DNA of 64,000 nucleotides from Verrucomicrobiales bacterium (GTDB lineage: Bacteria; Verrucomicrobiota; Verrucomicrobiia; Verrucomicrobiales; V1-33), in assembly GCA_031411295.1 (NCBI GenBank), contig JANOAV010000134.1, forward strand, positions 1 to 64,000. The letters run 5' to 3'. Numbering within the stretch: the stretch's first letter is position 1; every line of letters starts with the position of its first letter. Below the pieces are notes generated by a model. It ran no database searches and was not told the DNA's origin. It worked only from the letters and a program-made list of their open reading frames with translations. The position numbers and the translations under genes are program-made. Below are positions 57,594 to 64,000 of this stretch, in pieces.

Positions 57594-58892
57594 CTAACGC
57601 TGGGCGGTGGCAGCCTTCGAGGGTTCTGTGAACTCCCATTTTTCAAACTTGCCCGTGGCATCCCAACCCGTGGTGGATTGCCAAGTCGTGAAGGTGGATC
57701 CTTGGACTTCACCAAACTGGTAACGAAGATTCTCCGCTCCTCCGGCAGAAAACCACGTATTGCCATCGACGGAATTTTCTCCGCCGCCCTTCACGGTCAG
57801 GGCCATGGACTTTTTCTCCGTGACCCAAAAATAATTTTCCCGCACCGTATTGCCAGAGGCATGTTGGATCCAGAGTTCCGCCTGGGGCTTGGCGTGCTGG
57901 GTGTTTTGGTAAAACTGGTTCCCTTCGAAGAGGCAATCCTGCACCCGACCCCGCTTGGTGTCGTATCCTCCGAAGACAAGTCCAGCCTTGTCGTTTTTAA
58001 AGAGGATATTACTCCTCACAATAATCCCCGAGGCGACAGTTCCTTTGTTCTCTGCGCCTACTTCGATGCCCAGGTCGCACTGGGTCACGACGTTGTCTTC
58101 GATGGTGATGTCCTTGCCTCCGTCCACGTAAATCCCTGCGGCATACCCATCGCCATAACTGCTCCGGGCGTTCTCCACCCGATTCCCCTTACAGATTCCT
58201 TCCCTGGCTACTTTGGTGGTGTCTTTGACGATGTCCCCTTCACCGCCGATGAAATCAATCCCAATGTTATTGACGTTGGTTATGCTATTGTTAGTGATGG
58301 AAAATTTCGTAACATTTCCATTGAGCGTCAGCGCTTCACTGGGGGCGGGTTCGCAATCGGTGATGGAATTCCCATCGATCACAATATCAGAAAGCGGGAC
58401 GTCTGCCTGGCTGCCATAGAAGCCGATCCCGATGGCATTCTTTCCTTTGCAGCGGGCGATGCGGCAATTCCGGATTTCATAGTGGCTGCCGCCCCCTTCG
58501 ATCATAATGGCGGCACTTTCCTTTTTATCCAGATTGTCCACCAAGCTGAGATTCTGAATGCGCAAGTAGCTTTGGTTCTCCGCGCGGATCAATTGCTGGC
58601 CCTTCACGCCCTTGCCGCTGATGGTGGCTCCGTCCTCGCCCAGCAGGGAGATCCAGCCCTTGGTGGCGGAACCGGAGTTATTAAACTCAACGCGCTCCGC
58701 ATAGACCCCGGGATGGACCAGCACGGTGTCGCCCGCCTCGCACTCTTCCAACGCGCGTTGAATGGTCCGCCATGGGCGTTCATTGCTGCCCGCTCCTTTG
58801 TCGTCATTGCCCTTCACATCCACATGATACACCTCTGCCTGCGACAGCAGCGGGCAGAGAAGGAGGAAAAGGCATTGGTAAATTGGGGGCAC
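57594..58892 (-). CDS. Secreted right-handed parallel beta-helix (pectin lyase-like) protein
   Basis: GSNERPWRTIQRA..GDTVLVHPGVY, Asn/Gly/Ile repeats, AAGIYVDGG. Confidence 0.88.
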   Translation of the reverse strand: MPPIYQCLFLLLCPLLSQAEVYHVDVKGNDDKGAGSNERPWRTIQRALEECEAGDTVLVHPGVYAERVEFNNSGSATKGWISLLGEDGATISGKGVKGQQLIRAENQSYLRIQNLSLVDNLDKKESAAIMIEGGGSHYEIRNCRIARCKGKNAIGIGFYGSQADVPLSDIVIDGNSITDCEPAPSEALTLNGNVTKFSITNNSITNVNNIGIDFIGGEGDIVKDTTKVAREGICKGNRVENARSSYGDGYAAGIYVDGGKDITIEDNVVTQCDLGIEVGAENKGTVASGIIVRSNILFKNDKAGLVFGGYDTKRGRVQDCLFEGNQFYQNTQHAKPQAELWIQHASGNTVRENYFWVTEKKSMALTVKGGGENSVDGNTWFSAGGAENLRYQFGEVQGSTFTTWQSTTGWDATGKFEKWEFTEPSKAATAQR

Positions 58893-58966
58893 GCGGTAAT
58901 TTATGCGAATTGCAAAAATAATTCAATCATCAACTGCGTGAAGTTCAATAACTTACGCGAACAAAC

Positions 58967-59920
58967 TTAAGGTTGGGCAGACCGGGGTTTTTCTCCGATG
59001 GCCAGGATGGTCTGGAAATGCGGCGGGGCTTCTTCCCGATCTACCAATGTAATGGCGATGTCTGTGAAGCCGGCTGTCTCCATAAATTGATACAACTCCA
59101 CCTCGGAAAAACCGAGCCACACGTCCTCATAGAGTTCCCGGGTCTGCTCGAAATCGTGTTTCAGCAAATCCAGCACCACGATGCGTCCGCCGGCCCGTGT
59201 GATGCGGAACGCTTCCCGCACGGCCTGTTGGGGCTTGCGGGCGTGATGCAACGACTGACTAAAGAAGGTGAGATCCACTTCTTCGTCGATTAGCGGAGGT
59301 GATTGAATGTCCCCCAGGCGATATTCCAAATTGGTAAAACCATTTTCCCGGGCCTTCTGCGAGCCATAGGAGACCATGGCATCGGAGTTATCCACGGCTA
59401 TGACGCGTTCCGCACGCTGCGCCAGCAATTGACTGAAGGTGCCCTCGCCCGCGCCCAAGTCAGCAATGATCTGCCTGGGCATGAGCTTGAGCAGCGTTTC
59501 CGCCAATCCTTTCCAAGTGCGGCCGGGGAGATAGCTGCGCCCGAATTTCCCCGCTAACTGATCGAAATACGCCCGGGCTTGGTCCGCACGTTTTTGCAGC
59601 GCCAAACGGAGCGCGCGTTTGTCATCGGCGGCTTCGGGCAACTCTTCCGCACTGGCCCGAATCAATTCCCGCAACTGGTGAGCCGCCCCCTTGGTTTCCG
59701 GGATGTCAGTCAGCGCGTAGATGCTATTCTTCCCCGCCCGCCGCACCTGCACCAACCCCGCCTGCTTGAGCAGCGCAAGTTGGGTGGAAATGCGGCTTTG
59801 TTTCATGCTCAGAATTTCCTGCAATTCGGCCACGCTGAGTTCCTCCTCGTCCAAGAGCAGGAGCATGCGCAAGCGAGTGGAATCGCTCAGCAATTTCAGG
59901 GATTCCAGAAAGAGTGACAT
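58967..59920 (-). CDS. ArsR HTH plus SAM-methyltransferase-like regulator (SahR-like)
   Basis: LSDSTRLRML..LSVAELQEIL..QSRISTQL; ADLGAGEG; SLHH; WLGF. Confidence 0.9.
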   Translation of the reverse strand: MSLFLESLKLLSDSTRLRMLLLLDEEELSVAELQEILSMKQSRISTQLALLKQAGLVQVRRAGKNSIYALTDIPETKGAAHQLRELIRASAEELPEAADDKRALRLALQKRADQARAYFDQLAGKFGRSYLPGRTWKGLAETLLKLMPRQIIADLGAGEGTFSQLLAQRAERVIAVDNSDAMVSYGSQKARENGFTNLEYRLGDIQSPPLIDEEVDLTFFSQSLHHARKPQQAVREAFRITRAGGRIVVLDLLKHDFEQTRELYEDVWLGFSEVELYQFMETAGFTDIAITLVDREEAPPHFQTILAIGEKPRSAQP

Positions 59921-59963
59921 GAGCGTTGACGAAAGGCGACCCGGGGGTCCCGAGCGTTAGAAT

Positions 59964-62066
59964 CTAGGACTCTGCAGGAGGCGTTTCCGCCGCGCTGCCG
60001 GAGGTTTCACTGACGGCTTCTGCCGTCGGTTCCACCGCAACGTCAACCACGTCAACCACGTCAACCGCGTCAACTGCTGGCGCAGGTGCGTCTGGGATTT
60101 CCGGGATGATTTCGGCGGTTGGCTCAGCCACAGTTTCGACTGGAGCGGGAGCTTCGGCCTCGATGGCTGGCTCTGCGGCGGGGGCTGGGGAGGTCTCCGC
60201 AACTGGTGCGTCCGACGTTTCGGGCGTCGGTTCGGCGGATTTCTCACCGGAAGCCTTGCCTTCGGCGGCGGGCTTTCTTTCACGATGCTCGCGACCCAAA
60301 ATGTGCAGTTCGCCATTGGCGAATTCCGTCAGGAACCCTTCCTGCACCAACCATTTGATGTCCTGCATGATGGCCAGCTCTCCCGTGGAAAGCACCGGAG
60401 CCACGGGAGCCGGGGTTTCGCCTTCAGCCACGGGGACGGGTTCTGGCTCGGGCGCGGGCGGGGCCAGCACGCCGACGATTTTGCCGTAGCCGATGCCGGA
60501 GTTGGCGCGCACCATTTCAATGATGGAACGGACGCGGTCGGACAAGGGCACGTTGTCGCCAATGAATTGCGGGCGACTGCGGCAAACGAAGGTCGTTTTC
60601 TTGTCGCGCTTGAAGAAGCGCAAACCATGATTTTCCAGCTCGCGGCAGAGTTCCTGCACGAGGTTCATCGGGAAACGATTTTGGCTGTCAAGTTCCACCC
60701 GCAGCAGGCTCAGCAGGCCGGGGGACAAGAGTTTGCCAGGAATATTTCCCGCCACGGTAATTTCCCGCACGGTCTTGAGCGAGTCATCAGCAAAGTTCTT
60801 CAGGAAGTGCGCATCGCGCTCCGCGATGGTTTTGAAACGCGGAGCTTCCTCACCTTCCGCCACTTTGGTGCAGACGTATTGGCGTTCGGTGGATTGTTGC
60901 TCCAGCCACTTGGCCACAATTTCCTCCCCCTTCTCCACCCGGACGCGGCTCTTATAGAAGTCCAGGGCGAGGTTGTAAAACTCCTCCCGATGCAGTCGGG
61001 CGACATTCACAGGGAACGAGTGATGGTTCGGCGGTCCTAACAGGGCTCCGGAAAATCCGCACACCGCTATGGCCGTGAAATTTCCCTTCGGAGGATCGAT
61101 GGCGACTGTTTCTTCGGTATAAAGTTCGTTCATGGCTGTGCCTTGGCGAATGTGGCGCAGGGCCTCTTCCTTGGTCAGCCAGAGCGAGTTGTCCAGCGTG
61201 CACTGGATCAGTTCGGGCGCGGCGGCAGGAACCGCAGCAGCGACTTCGGCTGGATTCGCCCGGGCAGAAGGAGTGGGATCTTTATAAAAGAAATGGACCA
61301 AATACCGATCCCGGGCAGAAAGGAACAACTTCGCCACGTCGAAGACAGAATAGGCGCGACCGGAGGCTTTGATTTGTTTGGCCAGGGCCTCCACGGCACG
61401 AGGCTCAGGGAGGATACGGGCCCACCAGCCATGAGCCAGGCGTGGACGCTCTTCTTCCGGACGATCGTGACGACGATCACCACGATCTGGGCCGCCACCA
61501 TCACGACGCGGGCCTCGATTGCCGCCACCATCACGACGGTCCGGGCGATCTCCGGCAGGCCGCGGACCACGCGAGTCCGGTCCACCACCATCACGCCGCG
61601 GCGGACGATCACCTTGAGGGCGATCACCCTGCGGACGATCTCCGGCAGGACGCGGAGGTCCAGCTGGACGAGGACCACGATCTCCCATGGGACGATTCCC
61701 TTGGCCTCCAGGCTTCGGCCCGGAAAATCCACCACCGCCACCCGGAGGACGATTGCCGCCTTCCCGACGCTGCCCTGGGGCACCGCCGCCGCCAGCACCG
61801 CCGCCGGGTCCACGACCCTGACCGCCACGGTTATCGAAATTTCTCGCACCACCGCCGCCAGGTCCACCAGCGCCCCGACGGTCGCCTCCGCGATCACCCC
61901 GGTCCGGGCGATCACCCCGATCACCCCGGCCACCGCCGCCGCCCTTGCCGGCAAAATTCCACACCACGTCACTGGCGGGCGTGGCGTCGGCAGGTTTGCT
62001 CTTATCCACCCAGTCCGGGCGGAAGCTGAGGGATTGTAATTCAGAAAGGTCGATGGAGTCGCTCAT
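59964..62066 (-). CDS. Hypothetical protein with a long Gly/Arg/Asp/Pro disordered N-terminus and an acidic tail
   Basis: 700-aa ORF with GDRP/RRDGGG repeats and a globular core (GRAYSVF, CGFSG.LLGPPNHH). Confidence 0.85.
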   Translation of the reverse strand: MSDSIDLSELQSLSFRPDWVDKSKPADATPASDVVWNFAGKGGGGGRGDRGDRPDRGDRGGDRRGAGGPGGGGARNFDNRGGQGRGPGGGAGGGGAPGQRREGGNRPPGGGGGFSGPKPGGQGNRPMGDRGPRPAGPPRPAGDRPQGDRPQGDRPPRRDGGGPDSRGPRPAGDRPDRRDGGGNRGPRRDGGGPDRGDRRHDRPEEERPRLAHGWWARILPEPRAVEALAKQIKASGRAYSVFDVAKLFLSARDRYLVHFFYKDPTPSARANPAEVAAAVPAAAPELIQCTLDNSLWLTKEEALRHIRQGTAMNELYTEETVAIDPPKGNFTAIAVCGFSGALLGPPNHHSFPVNVARLHREEFYNLALDFYKSRVRVEKGEEIVAKWLEQQSTERQYVCTKVAEGEEAPRFKTIAERDAHFLKNFADDSLKTVREITVAGNIPGKLLSPGLLSLLRVELDSQNRFPMNLVQELCRELENHGLRFFKRDKKTTFVCRSRPQFIGDNVPLSDRVRSIIEMVRANSGIGYGKIVGVLAPPAPEPEPVPVAEGETPAPVAPVLSTGELAIMQDIKWLVQEGFLTEFANGELHILGREHRERKPAAEGKASGEKSAEPTPETSDAPVAETSPAPAAEPAIEAEAPAPVETVAEPTAEIIPEIPDAPAPAVDAVDVVDVVDVAVEPTAEAVSETSGSAAETPPAES

Positions 62067-62325
62067 AAAAGAGTGCGCGGGGTCAGTTGATTGATTGGGG
62101 AAGGAACCATGCGGAGGACGTTAGTCCGCCTGATGAGAGCGGAGAACACTGGCGCATTGGCATAAGAGTTGATACATAAGCTGCCGCTGGTAGCACGCAT
62201 CCCCCAATAGCTCCAGCAGAAAAGCAAGCCCGTAAAGGATTTCTTGCAATGGTTGGAGGGACAGGATTTCATGTTAGGCTCGAAAGAGAATTTGCAGAAT
62301 GGCGCAGAGCAGAGTCCACTAAGCC

Positions 62326-63306
62326 ATGTTTTCCATCTGGGTGCGGGCACGATTTGTGGTTGAAGCATGGCTGCTGCGTGCAGCCGTGGTAGTCATTCCG
62401 TGGCTGCCTCACGGCGTGCTGAAGTTGTTGTCCCATACGCTGGGAGCCTTCGCCAGTCTGGTGGATTATCGGGGGCGGGCGGCGGCTTGGGCCAACCTCA
62501 CGTTGCTGTTCCCCAACCTTTCCCGCCGCGAAATAATTCGGCTGCGTCGTCGGTCCTATCAAATTTTCGCCCGCGCCTTTGCCGAATTATTTTGGAGCCG
62601 ACACCTCACCCCGCCGACGGTGGACCGCTTCGCCACTGCCCACTTGGCAAGTGACGCCACCCAGCAGGCGATGCAGGAAGGTTGTATTTTTGCCACACTG
62701 CACGCGGGAAATTTCGAATGGCTCTCCCGGGCCACCGCCTTGTGGGGCTATCCCTCCATGATTGTGGCGGCTAATTTCCTGAACCCTCGGCTGACCCCCA
62801 TTTTCCAAGCGCTGCGCCAGGTCGAGGGGCATCAGATCATTCCCCAGGAACACGCGATCCTGAAACTCTTCAAGCACCTCAAGCGCGGCGGACGCACCGC
62901 CATGTTGATCGATCTGAACGTGCCGCCAGACCAAAGCGCCACCATCATTTCCTGCTTCGGCAAACTCACCTGCGTCACCCAAGCGCACGCCGCGCTAGCC
63001 CAGCGCACGGGCCGTCCATTAGTGCCCGCCATCTCCCTGCCGCAAGCGGATGGTCGCTACACCATGCGCTTCCTCGAACCTATTCCCGCGGGGCCGACGG
63101 ATTCGCTAACAGACATCACCCAGCGCTGCTGGGATCAGTTCGAGCCGTTCATTCGCGAGCAACCTGAAATCTGGATGTGGATGTATAAACACTGGCGCTA
63201 TCTGCCAGAAGGAGCCACCGCAGCGGAATACCCCACGTATGCCAATTCCTCCAAGAAATTCGAGAAGCTGCGCAGAGGAATGGCCCACAAAGCAGCCAAC
63301 CCCTAA
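62326..63306 (+). CDS. Lipid A lauroyl/lysophospholipid acyltransferase (LpxL/HtrB family)
   Basis: HAGNFE, ANL...FP, LID, IREQPEIWMWMYKHWR. Confidence 0.9.
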   Translation: MFSIWVRARFVVEAWLLRAAVVVIPWLPHGVLKLLSHTLGAFASLVDYRGRAAAWANLTLLFPNLSRREIIRLRRRSYQIFARAFAELFWSRHLTPPTVDRFATAHLASDATQQAMQEGCIFATLHAGNFEWLSRATALWGYPSMIVAANFLNPRLTPIFQALRQVEGHQIIPQEHAILKLFKHLKRGGRTAMLIDLNVPPDQSATIISCFGKLTCVTQAHAALAQRTGRPLVPAISLPQADGRYTMRFLEPIPAGPTDSLTDITQRCWDQFEPFIREQPEIWMWMYKHWRYLPEGATAAEYPTYANSSKKFEKLRRGMAHKAANP

Positions 63307-63324
63307 CCTCAAGGTGCGGAACCC

Positions 63325-63442
63325 ACTGGGAGTGGCGCGACTCTGTCCGCCATTCTCAATTTCTCGCGCAACTCGCATCACTGCAATATAAAAGGGTGTA
63401 GCAAGTGTTACCGATGGCGGACGGAGTCGCGCCACTGCCAGT
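63325..63442. repeat. REP-like inverted pair, intergenic
   Basis: ACTGGGAGTGGCGCGACTCTGTCCGCCAT (63325-63353) matches the reverse complement of 63414-63442 at 27/29. Confidence 0.9.
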
Positions 63443-63562
63443 CCAGCATCGTTTTTATTGAGGAATTCGATCGCGTGGGATCGAACTGACTGGGGCTGAT
63501 GAAAATCTCCTTTGAAATTCCTTCGTTGCGTTTTCTGCGTTTGCGGTCCACATGAAGTGTCT

Positions 63563-64000
63563 ATGTCTGATTCAGCTGCTCTCCACCCCGATATTGCCCA
63601 ACACGTTGCCGACGGAAGACTCCCCGCTGCGGCGGCTTCCAAAGTCTCCCAATTGGTGCCCGGCACCTTTGTATCCTCCCGAAATTTCGGATCCGGAAAG
63701 GTGGTGGAATGGGATCTGCTGGGGGATCGCATGCTGGTGGATTTCGAAGGCAAACCCGGGCACGCCCTGAAATTAGAATTCGCCTCCAAGCTGCTCGATA
63801 TCATTGATGAAGGCCACATTCTGGCCCGTCGCTTTGCGGATAAGGCTGGATTGCTGACGCTGGCGGAAAAGGAACCCGCGGAATTCGTCCGTCTGGCCCT
63901 GGTTAGCAACGGACGCAAAATGACTTTCGACGCGTTCGAAGATCTGGTAAAAGGCAAGATCATCCCTGAGGGGAAATTTAAGAACTGGTGGGAAAACGCC
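63563..64000 (+). CDS. N-terminal part of an extended GreA-family transcription elongation factor (partial)
   Basis: Not in the ORF track. Manual translation MSDSAALHPD...NFGSGKVVEWD..LVDFEGKPGH..HILARR..KFKNWWENA is open to the window end and resembles PVC long-GreA N-termini; the Gre domain itself is not visible. Confidence 0.65.
   Translation, partial: MSDSAALHPDIAQHVADGRLPAAAASKVSQLVPGTFVSSRNFGSGKVVEWDLLGDRMLVDFEGKPGHALKLEFASKLLDIIDEGHILARRFADKAGLLTLAEKEPAEFVRLALVSNGRKMTFDAFEDLVKGKIIPEGKFKNWWENA

Noticed and set aside
57483..58970. 495-aa + strand ORF
   Set aside because: Antisense shadow of the beta-helix gene with no recognisable motifs.
61143..62039. Several long ORFs with Thr/Ile, His or Val repeats
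   Set aside because: Alternative-frame products of the low-complexity GDRP coding region.
62110..62160. CTGATGAG hammerhead-like core
   Set aside because: No stem II followed by GAAA and no closing stems could be built.

Overview
A 64 kb bacterial chromosomal window, most likely Verrucomicrobiota. That assignment is inferred from gene content: a PEP-CTERM protein, a DUF1549/DUF1553 cytochrome, a CotH/lamin-tail giant protein, an SHD1 fusion and an N-terminally extended GreA. The backbone is housekeeping and envelope genes (YejABE-like ABC importer, M32 carboxypeptidase, cyclophilin, pheT, DAHP synthase, YmdB, ROK kinase, RNase Z, SahR-like regulator, LpxL-like acyltransferase). Three things stand out. 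(1) An ~11 kb glycan island (26.5-37.5 kb) carries glf and four fused enzymes resembling GT43, GT92, GT11, GT90 and DUF707. Several of their domains have lost catalytic motifs, and the operon's first gene is held out of frame by an (AGTCAGC)5 repeat that looks like a phase-variation switch. (2) A REP-associated tyrosine transposase (RAYT) occurs with at least five sequence-distinct REP inverted pairs, two of which are read in frame inside protein-coding genes. (3) There are two parallel multi-BON-like plus membrane/coiled-coil gene pairs, and a phage-structural-like module inserted in the CotH protein. No tRNA, rRNA or CRISPR array was recognised. All family calls come from motif recognition by eye; no database searches were run.
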